DNA from: Chlorokybus atmophyticus
Taxonomy: Eukaryota > Plantae > Mesostigma and Chlorokybus algae
Length of the DNA stretch: 64,000 nucleotides
NCBI GenBank assembly: GCA_009103225.1
Contig: RHPI01001010.1
Location: 62,001-126,000, forward strand
Reading direction: 5' to 3'
Shown: piece by piece, positions 26,474 through 38,688 of the stretch
Numbering within the stretch: position 1 is the stretch's first letter
Layout: each line of letters starts with the position of its first letter
Position numbers and translations under genes: made by a program
Notes under the pieces: generated by a model
Databases searched by the model: none
What the model was told of the DNA's origin: nothing
What the model saw: only the letters and a program-made list of their open reading frames with translations

Positions 26474-28727
26474 TTAAACTCACAACGCATGCACAATGCA
26501 AGCACAATGCATGTCATTACCTGTGTTGTTCATAATGATGAAAGATTGCATAATGATTATCATCCATGGGCATGCAATGTTGAGCGGTACGTGTAACTTG
26601 TCAGGGACATAATTGCTGATTCCTACCAAAAACTTGCTCATGAATGAAAACACCAGCTGGATTCAATTGTATACGCTATGAGAGATATTGTATGCGACTC
26701 CGCTGCAAGGTTGGCACGAGGAAGGGAGATCCGAGGTTGTACATGATATTTTTAGCTGCAGCTGAACCAATAGCAATAATAGAAAAAGCATGATATGATT
26801 CATCTTATAAGTAAATAAACCATAGCTACCCTCACTAATAACTCATGAACTCAAGACAAATACCACGGCAGTGCTATAGAATGTTTATAACACAGTTAAC
26901 TCACTTGAATGACACGTTAAAAATGTTTATTGACTTTTTGCCGGTCATCCTTATGCAAATCAATGCATTTGCTCGCAACATGGCCGCCAAACAGCATTTT
27001 AACATGACTATGCACTGAATGCATACATTGGTGGGGTTACAACGAAAGCCTGAGTGTGGACGCTGATGGCCCTTTTTATGGACATTTTAAAGAACTATTT
27101 TGTAAAGTTAATTCTGCAATTTTGATATAATTAAATGTAGACTGTTATCTCACACGAGTGAATAACTGCTTTTTGGAATAAACACGCGTTAGCTGAGTCA
27201 GCTTGTATGAAGTAGTTGCATGCAGCTAAGCATATAACACATTGGGCAAAATGTGCCTGAATAAAAACAAGGGCAAGACATGGGATAGTTTGGGATAGTT
27301 AAGGTATAGGCTATAGCCTATGCCGTGGATGTGGCAACTTTGCATGCGCGTTTAATGATTGAGTAACGCTCAACTTGTGGCCGAGATCTGATGCACAACT
27401 TTGATGCTCAATCTTTTGGATGGCGACAACTGGCCTGCGGATGGCCCCTGACACCGCGTGCACACTTTTCCTGCTTGCAACCGCGGAACAATCCAGGATC
27501 AACGGAGCCGCCAACGACGCCACGCTGGACACCCCGCGTACAAAATTGTCACGTCGTCTCGAAAGCCTGCCAAGTAGGCGCTGCGCCGCTGCCAACTGGA
27601 CCCCACTCTGCGCGCCCCGCCTTGTTGATATACTGAGCATGAAGTTCTGTTGTATTGCAAGTTCAAAACGCGATCAGTTACGCTCACAGCTCGTCCCTAA
27701 CGGTTCATAGATTTTCCACTGAACTCGGTTGTGCCTGACAAGGAAGCGCAGTCACTGCTGCTGCAGAGCCTGGCTCTGTCCCTGGTTAAGAGTGGATGTA
27801 AGTGACCAACAGGTACGTCACGTAACTGCCGGTTCACAGCCCCTACTGAATCTAAGCAGATATCGGCACGGGTTCATGAGTGGTGTTGATATCGGCGATC
27901 AACAAAGCTGTGCATGCGGTGCGGATAGTGCAGTAGCGGCGGCATTGGCGGTGTTGGTGACGGCGGCGGCGGTGACCGCGTGGTAGAAGTACGGTTGCAC
28001 TTTGCACTTCAACTTGTAAGGTCAGTTTCGTGTGGTGAGGCTGTGAATGCAAGATTGCAAGGCTTGGAAGGTCGGTCTGGCAAGTGCAAGCAGCGCTGGT
28101 CTGGAGCTGCTCTGAGCCTGGTCGAGAGTCACTGATCTTGTTGTGACGTTTGGAGCAAGAAATCAGCTGTTACAGTTCAATCGGTTTTCTTAAGCTTGCT
28201 CAAGCTCGTTTTTGCGTTGAGGGTTGCTACATTGCCGTGTGATGTCAGCATGGTAGCGCCATGCATCCAGCATTTTGAAACTCCTGCGCGAGTTGACGAA
28301 GCAAAGTATGCTGTTCAACACAGATGCTGGATGTAAAGCGTTTATGATCATATGACGGAAGTCCTTTTTGTGATTTATGCCTTCGGTATGCATGGCGTCT
28401 GGCAACTTTGGTGCATTTCCTGTTCGGCAGAGATCAAGATCAGACCATAGGCCTTGCTTGTTCAATTCGATTGCATAGCCTGCCGGCATCGGATTTGTGT
28501 GGAGTTGCTAGCACTTTGTACATGCAAGTCGGTGAAACATATGCTGGTTGTGTGGAGACGTGAGCCGTGCAGAGCATGAGCGTGTGCAAACCATGTTTGC
28601 GTTGAAAAGAAGAGTGGACGACAATTGGCTGCTGACCCACTTCGTTGGTTGCTCCTGCAGCACTGGAGCATTGCAGCCACTTGCAGCACTGAAGTTAGCA
28701 CTTTAGCACTGAAGTTGCACACCTACC

Positions 28728-31700
28728 ATGGCGCGATCATGGCCAGATCCCGCGTTAGTGGCGCTGGCCAGCACACGAGAAGTGCCCGCGGCAAGCAGGC
28801 CTGAGCAGCTAGAAAGGAGCGACGCTGACGTTCAGACCGCAACACTACAAAGGCTTCAAACGCTTCACACAGCGTGCTCACTGGAGCGCGTGCCAGAGGA
28901 TTCTGCAGAAGAGGGTAGGGTATCACCTGCTACTAGGCCTGCTCCTGATGGCCAGCAGCCCCCTTCAACGCCAGCCAGCCGCTCCTATCGCAATAGCATA
29001 GAAATGCACACGCCACGCAACACCACACCAAACGGTTCCACACGAACTGTTGATATGCTGGACATGAACTTCCAGACCCCTTCATCTCAACCAACAAGCA
29101 TCCTGCGCCAGTTTTCAACCATCTCTATAGGGCAGGTGCGAACAGCAGGACGAAAGAGCGACTTGTGTTTACCGTAGCCTGATGAAGCTTGTGACAAAAC
29201 TAACACTTGTGCAGCCTTCACCTGGGACAGCACGAACAGAGAAGTTGAAAGCGCACAGGGGCTCCTTTCTTCGCAACAAGTTTGCTAGCGCAGCCAGGGC
29301 AGCTGTTGCAGTCGGCAAACAGAAGAGCAAGTGCGTGATGCCTACTTGTGCCTCTATGTTGTTGACATAGAGGCTTTGTGTTCGCTCATGCCAGGTTGAT
29401 TACCTGACCAGGACTCCTAACATGTGCGTGCTTGTTGCAGGTTTGAGCGCAGAGAATCTGCCTTCTATACTGCAAAAAGCGACAATGCCGATGACGACGA
29501 TGCTGATATTGAGTAAGTGAGACATATCATGCCTATACAAGTGTGCGCACACAAGTTTCAGCTCGTGCATCTGCCAGGCTATTAACCTTGTGCTGATTGC
29601 ATGCAGTGATCTGGACGCCTTCAACTATAGGGGCTGTAAGGTCTCATACCGCCGATACTTTCAACTGGTTGCATTGCTGATACTTTTGGCGATTCTCGCA
29701 TTCACATTCATCTTCCCTGAGTTCGGGGATTCAATTTTTGTAGTCACCCCATTGTGGCACTGGATCGTCCTCGGCATAGTAGTTGTAAGCGGGAGGCTTC
29801 TGACCCTTTGGGTTGTCCGAATTCTTGTCTTCGTTCTTGAGCGCCAGGTATGAAATACTATCAACCTGATGCTATGTCTCTGCGCTGTCCATCCCAGCGC
29901 TTCAGCCTCTTGTTGTGCTAGATATGGCCTACTCACACTTGTCTTATGTTGCAGTTTTTGCTGGCGGAACGTGTGATATACTTTGTGTATGCTCTGCAAA
30001 GTTCCGTGCGCAACCTGGTCTGGTCCATCCTGGTGCTTGTCGCTTGGCTGCTACTGTTCAACAGAAACGACAGGTGCGCAAACGCAACCTGTCGTGCACT
30101 CGTGTGCTAACAGAAGACTTGACCCCCAGCTCTGTTCTTGCTTGCATGCAGCAGCCTTCTCACCACATGTTGATGTTGACATGAACACTTGCTATTGGCA
30201 GCAATGTCCTGAAAACCATCACCAACATCCTCATCTGTGTAGTGGTTGCGGCGGGTGCGTTGTTCATCAAGGTGAGCATGTCAGTTGAGGTGTCTGCGGT
30301 GTTATGTTGTTCAAGTCATGTTCGCGCAAGAGGCTCAACGAGTGACTTGTTGTGTTTGTAGGTGCTGGTTGTCAAAGTGATGGCGTCACGCTTTCACGTC
30401 AAGAACTACTTCAACCGTATCCAGTCGGCGTTGTTTCAGCAGTACGTGCTGGAGACGCTTTCAGGCCCTCCGCTGCTGCCTTTCCGGCCACCCCACATCA
30501 GCAAGGTAAACCAGGAAGACCAGCCAGTATCGTATCATGCCATTGTGAGAAACAGCATGGTTTGGTGTGTAAGTTGCGTATGCTGTTTCGAGTATGCAAT
30601 GTCTTAGCCTCTTTCATGTGCCAACAGAATCAGCTGGGTGGCCAAGTAGCTATTCAAGTTGATGCGGATTCAGACCAAAGCAACTCAAGCATACCAGTGC
30701 CGCCTAAGTTGCTGAACAGCCTGTCCTCCGACACAATCACAATGCGAGGTAAGCCACAGGAGCTTCACTGGCAGCAGCAGCAACAACAACAACAACAACA
30801 GCTTAACAGCATTCATCAAGTAATGTCATGCTACGCGTGTTCTGTTGTTGGTAAACATTGCAACCGCGTGCAGGCATGAAGGACCTGATGAAGTTTGTCC
30901 GGGGGAGTCAGCTCACCACATACAGGACGTTGTTGCGGGATGCGGACGACGAACAGGAAGCGAACCAAGCTTATGACACCAACGGTGTCCAAATCACGAG
31001 CGTGCTACTTGCCAAAGCTGCTGCAAAGCGCATATTTGCAAATATTGCAACATCCGACCGCAAGTGCATTGCCAAAGAGGACTTGCAGCGCTTCCTCCCA
31101 AAGGTTTTGATTGTTTGCAAAAGCAGTTGGTTGTTACAAGTTAGCAATGGTTTGCATGGCGTCAACAACAGTATTGCTGTGCAGGAACACATCAATCGCG
31201 CATGGGACCTCTTTGAGAAAGACGTCCATGGACACGTCACACGCGGCGCACTGAAGATGTGGGTGCTTACTGTGTATCAGGTACGTGTACTTGACAGTGT
31301 TCAATTGCGTGCAAATCGGCCACTCTGCCGTCATCGCATGGAACTCAGACAAGGTTGTACAGGAACGCCGCGCGCTTGCCCGCACTCTCAAAGATCACAA
31401 GACCATCATAGAGCAGCTTCACCGTGTTCTCAACTTTGTTGTCTTCATCATCTTGATCTTTGCCTGGTAAGGCAACATTTCGACTTGGCACAGCTGCATG
31501 CATGTGCACGCGCGCGCAACCATGTGCATGTGCACCATGAGTCCAATATAGAGCTTCCAAAGCTGCTCTATGATGGTCAACCTTGTCGGCCTCATCGCAC
31601 ACGCATGCACATGCGCGCGCACACACAGGTGGCTAGGGTGTTGGGTTGAGAGTAAAGCTGTTGCAGGTTGTTCATTCTTGGAGTGGATACAACCAAGGCG

Positions 31701-32606
31701 CTGGTAGCGGCTTCGGGATGGGTGCTGGTGCTCGCAACCACTGTAGGAGCGAGTCTGAAGACCACTTTTGAGTCGATTGTGTGGCTGTTTTCTGTCCATC
31801 CGTTTGATGTTGGCGACAGGCTCAGAGTCAATGGGATAGATGTAAGTACACAACCATGCCGCTGTGCAGTTGTGTAACCTTGCTTGCAAAGTCAGGCAGC
31901 TGAGTGGCACCCCTGTTTGCAGGTTGTTGTTGATGAAATGGGTCTGATGCACACTTCCTTGGAGGCGGGTGATGGCGAGCGTGTGTTTTATCCAAATGCC
32001 TTGCTCTGGAGTCAGCCAATATCCAACTACAACCGGTCTCCGCATCAATGGGATGAAATTCTTCTACAAGTGCGCCCCTTGTGCTTAGCTGCTGTTGCTG
32101 CGCATCCCTACATGCCACTTGCAAACATGCGTTGTGTTGTTTGGTGCAGGTTGATGCCTCTATCACTGATGCACAGCTAGACGTGTTCCGCACACGCATC
32201 AAGGAGTATCTGCTCAAGAACCCCACTTGGTGGTATCCCAACTTTAAAGTCATGGCTAAGGTAAGAGCAACTACGCCTTGTTGACACACGTGTGCAAGTT
32301 GCTATGCGCGGACTACACAACCACTCAAAGGCGGGTCCGAAAATCTGATTACCTAACCGTTTTCTGTAATTTCAGGACATTGAGAACTCCAAGCGCTTGA
32401 CACTTGGCATCTACCAGCAGCACAAGATGAACTTCCAGCAGATGGGTGACCGTTTTGAGCGCCGTGCAGCAGCACTCATGACGTACAAGAAGTTCCTGCA
32501 GGAGCTTGGCATCACATATACCCTCCCAGTCCAGCCTGTGCAACTGCATGGCGGTGCGCAGGCCCCTCTCACCGGACCCACTGGCCCATCAAGTAAGTCA
32601 GATTGA
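28728..32606 (+). CDS. MSL: MscS-like mechanosensitive channel, plant MSL4-10 type, ~15 exons
   Basis: YFNRIQSALFQQYVLETLSGPPL, ERRALARTLKDHKTIIEQL, FESIVWLFSVHPFDVGDR, YPNALLWSQPISNYNRSP and DIENSKRLTLGIYQQHKMNFQ...LGITYTLP parallel Arabidopsis MSL10 as recalled. There is a long disordered N-terminus. Confidence 0.93.
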
Positions 32607-32873
32607 GAAATTGGCGCCAATCAGGCAGTGTAGTGAAGTCTGGTTCAAACGGTACTTATATTCAACACTTACAGCGGTTGCAACATTGCTAGTTGCCCTG
32701 TTGTATGGTGTCAATTTTGAATATGTATTCTAGGTTAAGAAGTGGTTAGTGGTGAATCTGTCCTTGATTACGCCAATTGTGCGATACTTATATTGAAGAT
32801 GCTGGCGTGGACAACTTGTGCGGTGTGTTGCTGGTTCATTCGTATTGCTGGTTGTGTATGCTTGGTGCATGAG

Positions 32874-32906
32874 AACTCTATGTTCAACACAGTTGAACAT
32901 AGAGTT
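32874..32906. repeat. Perfect 15-bp inverted repeat with a 3-nt loop
   Basis: aactctatgttcaac-aca-gttgaacatagagtt. Confidence 0.85.
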
Positions 32907-33238
32907 GAACATGCAGGGTTCAATTACCTATATGCCATGCCATGCCAAAAGGCGAATAGGCTATCGCTTAAGATTAGCAGGTGCTGCATGTGTCGAATAT
33001 GGTGGGTACACAGCTACACTTGAACGGCATCAAGCAGAAATGCACACTCTTATCAGCACCCACACCAACAGGAGGTAACAATAGCATAGTGCCAAGGGCT
33101 TTGCAAGAGACACTGTGCACTATGGAGTGCATACGGTAAAAGAGAGGGTCCCCCGGTAGTAGCACACACAAGCAAGCACACGTCACACCATCCCGCACGC
33201 TCCATGCAGCACAGGCAGTATATATATATATATATATA

Positions 33239-33576
33239 CGAGGCTGGTGGGAGGCCAGCGTGGTGCCGGCGCTGCAGGAATTCATCGCCATCCCCAACCA
33301 GTCGCCCTTCTTTGACAAGGAGTGGGCCAATAACGGCCACCAAGACAAGGTGTGCTCTGTGCTTGTCTGCATTTCACACACAGTAACTTGACTTGATCCT
33401 GATCACAGTTTCAACGGCTGACAGCTCGGGCATTGCATGGCAAGTTTCATTTGTAAGTCTTGTCTGAGCTGAACGGGTGCGTGATTGAGCAAGTATGCTT
33501 CATATTACCAATATCAGCGTTGTATCTCCACGTTTGCGAGCAGTGCAGCTTGTTGTACTACTGGTGGCAGATTGAA
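33239..33576 (+). repeat. 338-bp copy of 22759-23096 (M20 exon 1 and intron 1), lying between (TA)10 and a single N
   Basis: No differences seen between the copies by eye. Starts right after a TA microsatellite and ends at n33577. Confidence 0.9.
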
Positions 33577-34991
33577 NGCAGTAGCTATACCTGCGGAGTA
33601 TGGCGTAGGCACAGAGGGAGAGGGAGAGAAAGAGTTTGGGCCCTGACTCGGACTGATGACGGACAAAAAACGACAACACGACCAGCCACCGCCGCCAGTC
33701 GTTGGCAGTCTGGATGTACCCGTGCCACTCACAACTCACAACAGCTGCAGGCCACATTACTAGCCGTTGATGCATGCGTACCGTTGCGGTATAGGCTAAA
33801 TAAGCTCCAACTCAGAATCAATCTCTGGCCCACCACCACCCCGCTGCCATAATCATAGCACAGCCTCCTGTTCCATGAGGCTGTACTACAAGTTTAGTGC
33901 AGTGCTAAGCCAATGCTGAGGGCGTTTGAAATCAGCATTTCAAATCGTATGTGGCGACACACACGCATACAGCTTTGCTGATGCAATTCGGTGCACCGTT
34001 GCATGCTACTTGCCTATGCTCCGGAGTTTGCTATACGCAACTCTTATGTGTTATGTACCAGTATGAGCATGTGTTTGCTGTGTGCTTTGCTATGCCTCGT
34101 GAACCCTCCACCTCTAGCATATATATGTGCAATGTCATGGTCTCAGTCGTTGTCGCCTAACCTCTCCCTCTCTCTTTTGTGCACTTCCGCATGTAGTGCT
34201 TCAGCTCTTTCTTTGCTCCACTGCTGCTGCCTGCTGCGGTTTTGCATACAGCACATAGGACCCAGCCCCTTTTGCCATGTAAAGTTAGGTTGCTTGTAAT
34301 TGTAGTTGTGTAATTTGGAATGCACTGTGCTCAGCTTACGTTTGTAGCCCCTTTTTGTATCACACTACCCCATGTGACTAGCCCTCGCCACAAACTTTAA
34401 GGCCAGGAAGAGAGGGTTAAGCTGGAAAGACAATAAACAAAAACAAAAACTATTTGTATAACACTACCCCATGTGCGTACGTGCAGCTGGGTGTGTGTGA
34501 CTACTTGTGTTTTGTCTTTGTTGGGTGTGCGCGTGTCGCCGGGTCGCTGCATATCACCCCATGCTTGCACGGCTGGTGTGACGAACCGGCTTACCGCATG
34601 CATAAGCTGAGCGCATAGCCTCAGCTTTGTACGGTCAGCCACGCGTGCAAGGTACGGTGGCCTGGCACGTACCACGCCAGGCTCCAACCGGGCGGCGGTG
34701 GCGACGGCGACGGCGACAGCGGCCGCCGACGTGTCCTCACCGCAGACTGACTGAACCCCTGGCCAGGGGCTAGGCCAAATAGACTAGGCCCAGCAAAGGA
34801 CTAGGTCTAGCTGTAAGCTACTGGTCCCGCTTGACACTTCCAGGCACAGCCTCAACCTCTAGGCTTCGCCTCAACCTCTAGGCTTCTATCGGCCTCTAGT
34901 GCTTGGCTTGACCTGGCCTGGTCTGGTATAAGGCTGGCCTGGTGTTTGACGCTAGCCCATGGGGCCAAGGTTGTGCAGTTAGCGATGTGGT

Positions 34992-37459
34992 ATGGCGGCC
35001 CGTGACGCCTGGCGACGCTTCGCTCGGCTGGTGCTGTGGCTCCGCCGCAACCGCCGCATGACGGAGCCTGACGACGGCCAGCAGGTGTGTTTACATGCAC
35101 ACAGCGTGCAGTAGTCAGTCAAACAGTTATTGGCTGAGGCAACACATCCATCATCAAAAGGGAACTTGCATTGCTCTTTGCTGCGGGGGAGTGGCGAATT
35201 GAGTTGTGGGAATATGCACAGGCATGTCTGGGCACGTGTATGAGCATGGGCGTAAGCAAGGTGAGGGTTCCGGTCAGGTCCATATTGCAGCTGCAATCAG
35301 AATGAACCTCGCCAGCTAGCAGCTTTGGCTTACGTCACAAAAGCCAGTCTTCACAGTGGTTCAGTGGTTCAGTTGTTGTTAGACAGCAGTGAGGTTAGGG
35401 TTTTGGTGTGGTTTTGCTTTGAGGGCTGTTAGCACCCCGCTTGCCAGCTGTGCCTTGCAAGTGGTTTGACGTCCAACTGGCGATCTCTGATCCCTGCTAA
35501 CCAATGCGTGTGTGCAGAATGGGCGGGACACAGTTGAGCTGCTGAGCATTCCTTGGAACACCTGCCGCCCTGCCTTGGTAAGACCCAAGCAAAAGGTGTA
35601 TCTCAACCACACGCTTGTGCGCATGGTTGTGTTGACACTCAATCACATCAGCACTCCTTGCAATCAACTTCAATGCATGTGGCATTTTCCCAAGTGTTGA
35701 CGAATGCCGCTTGCCATCCATTGCCAACTCAGTGCACGCACCAGCCTTGAACAGGCCGCTGAACTGGCACTGTTCTGACGTGCACAAGTATGGTGCAACT
35801 AACAGGGGGATGGGGAGCGAGGGGTCATTGATGTCGCGGCCGAGTACAAGGGTTTTGGGGAGCTTACGCTGTATCCGGATCTCATGCTTCATGTCCTGTC
35901 GTTCCTTGATGTCAGAGACTTGTGCACAGCGGCCCTCGTTTGTCACAGGTGGGTGTGCTATTTATGCATGTGAATAGTCTATGTAAGGAGGTGAGGTAGT
36001 GTGCTGGTCGCAATCAACCTTGGCCTAGTAATGAAGTGCAAGGTCATTTGCATGCAGTCACAACAGATAACAACACTGCAACACACAGCAAGCAATGTGT
36101 CAGCGTTGTGACGCACTTGATGGTGTCTGCATGTAGCTTGCATTAATCATGTCATATGGACATTGGTGGGTTATTTGTTTGACATGTTGATGGGTGAGTG
36201 CTGGTCAATCCAAAGCGGCGTTGAGTGGATCCACAACTAGAACGCTTTTGCAACTATTTGAGGTTGACCACAGCCAATAATGATGCTTTTCCCTCCAGCT
36301 TATGCTCTGACTCACGTACTTGTGACTCAGGTGGCGGGAGCTGTCGCATGAGGACGTGTTGTGGAAGCCTCTGTGCTCATGTGCGTGGGTAGGCAAGCAC
36401 AACCACAGCTTGATTCGGGGCTCGGCTGCCCCGAAGCCGCAAGCCGAGGTGGTCATTCAGCCCTCCTCTTCTGCGAACGAGGGAGACGCAGCGGAGCCCG
36501 GCACCGATGATGATGGCAATGACCACCAAGATGATGATGATGATGATGATGAAGAAGGCTTTGGCCCCGAGTATGCATTCGAGTCGGCCCCAACTCCGAG
36601 GCTTGGCATGCTGCCTGCGCCAAAGTCATGGAAGGCGGCATATGCATTTGCGATAGAGGTACACGCACTGTTCACACTTGGTAACATGGGTATGTGCTTT
36701 GTTGTGGGTATGGTGTATGATGTGTGTCTGTTGTGGTCTTTGGCAGGATGCAAAGCGTGACTCGCTCACAGAGGAGGAATTATGCGGGTGCGCGTGGTCA
36801 TTCCAGTTGAGGCAGTTTATGGCGCTGCGGCTTGTGGGTATGTTGAGTGCTCGTTACATCAACGCAGACATGACCTGTGTTTAAATGTAAAACGAGGTGT
36901 AAGTTGCACTTGTGCAGGTGCAGACGGCCAGCCGTGGAGCATAGCACTGCATGGCTGCCGGTTTCATCCCGACTGCACATACACCTCACCGTTTCACGAT
37001 CAGTAAGTGTGCTACCCAATATGTGTCCTCTATAGCGGTCTTGCATAGCAAAGCACACACGGGTTCAATGCACACGAGCTCGCTTGCGCACATGCCGCCC
37101 CCCCCCACAGGACGTTGTTGCGGGATGCGGACGACGAACAGGAAGCGAACCAAGCTTATGACACCAACGGTGTCCAAATCACGAGCGTGCTACTTGCCAA
37201 AGCTNTTGGACCGTCTCCGTTGGTAATGCTTTATCCAACGCTAGCGTCCTGACACGGTTATGTTTCAACCTGCATGAGCAGGCCACTGCGCTGGAAGTGG
37301 GTGAGGCTGGCCGGGTCTCAGGTGGGTATCCAGGTGGCCGCCTACCCGCCGCTGGTGGTGTCCAGGACTCCCAACTGGGGCTGGTCCCTCCAGAACCAGT
37401 GGGTGATCATCGAGTCTGTTGATGCGGGCCTGCCTGGTCCTCTCCCAGCATCAATGTAG
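34992..37459 (+). CDS. F-box protein with an acidic insert and a plant-type uncharacterised C-terminal domain
   Basis: The F-box LYPDLMLHVLSFLDVRDLCTAALVCHR/WRELSHEDVLWKPLC spans two exons. Then SWKAAYAFAIEDAKRDSLTEEELCGCAWSF... and a final exon RPLRWKW...YPPLVVSRTPNWGWSLQNQWV. The exact structure of the first exons is less certain. Confidence 0.8.
37107..37204 (+). repeat. 98-bp copy of MSL exon sequence 30922-31019, inside an F-box intron, between a C run and a single N
   Basis: Identical text acaggacgttgttgcggg...gccaaagct, followed by n37205. Confidence 0.9.
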
Positions 37460-38260
37460 GCGAATGTGGTTGTGATGCGGTTGTCATGTAGCCGTGTTAA
37501 CAGTTGCAAACATCAAAAGCGAGCACTGCGTTGCAGTTAGCATTGTACAGACTTGTTGTGGTGGTTTTTGTCAGGCAGTTGGCTTAGTTAAGCGTTGTTG
37601 AGCTAGTAGTTGCCCCCTGTAGGAGGTTATGACGACAGTGGCACATAGATGTGAGATGTGCTCGGGTGTTTGCATGATTCACGTCTCTGCAGGTCGTGAA
37701 TCAATACCAAATACGGGTGTCTGGCTGCTGAGGATTGCCTGGTGCACAGTTAATCATACATGCAAGTTGCACATTGTGCATGAACTCCCTGCTGTTATGG
37801 ATCTATATGTTCCAACAGATCATTTAGAACTGTTTTCACAATTCCGTGTTGAGAGTATCGCCCTTTGGCTGTGACCGCTTGACATAATATATATAGAGAG
37901 ATTATTACTAAAACATTATCCATGCTATCTTCTATACAGATGATACTCTCCGCGTGTTGAGAGCATCGCCCTTCAAGATTCAAGGTATACCTTAGATTTG
38001 ATGCAATGCATGGGTATGGACTAGGGTAGACTGCAGCCCTGTGTCACTGTTTCATTGCACAAAAAGGTCATTTCAATGGCGTTTTAAGTCAACATCGAAA
38101 ACACTTTCATGTGAATATTGGCTGAAACGTTTTCGTCTCAGATGTAGTGAGCATGCCAAGTAACATGCCATTGCAACCTGCCCAGTCACTTACAGTGAAC
38201 GTAGAAAGGCAGCCTCTACATGGAAGCATGGTACTCTGCGTATACTGGACATTCGCGTGC

Positions 38261-38275
38261 GCGAGCGAGCGAGCG

Positions 38276-38363
<88 letters not shown>

Positions 38364-38603
38364 NNNNNNNNNNNNNNNNNNNNNNNNNNNNNNNNNNNNN
38401 NNNNNNNNNNNNNNNNNNNNNNNNNNNNNNNNNNNNNNNNNNNNNNNNNNNNNNNNNNNNNNNNNNNNNNNNNNNNNNNNNNNNNNNNNNNNNNNNNNNN
38501 NNNNNNNNNNNNNNNNNNNNNNNNNNNNNNNNNNNNNNNNNNNNNNNNNNNNNNNNNNNNNNNNNNNNNNNNNNNNNNNNNNNNNNNNNNNGGGGGGGGG
38601 GGG
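38261..38603. repeat. (GCGA)n/(GA)n microsatellite running into an assembly gap, followed by a G run
   Basis: More than 40 GA units at 38279-38363; N at 38364-38591. Confidence 0.95.
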
Positions 38604-38688
38604 TGTCAGGAGCTAGCATTACCCCCAAGCACGACTCTGAAGCAATGGGTTCATGAGTTAAAGCACAACTGTGCTGCACAGTCCACAC

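Noticed and set aside
27311-27640. - strand ORF faintly like a Ty3/gypsy RT-RNase H junction (RLLGRLS..NFV..VASLAAPL)
   Set aside because: No catalytic motifs or LTRs were found; the similarity is too weak to call.
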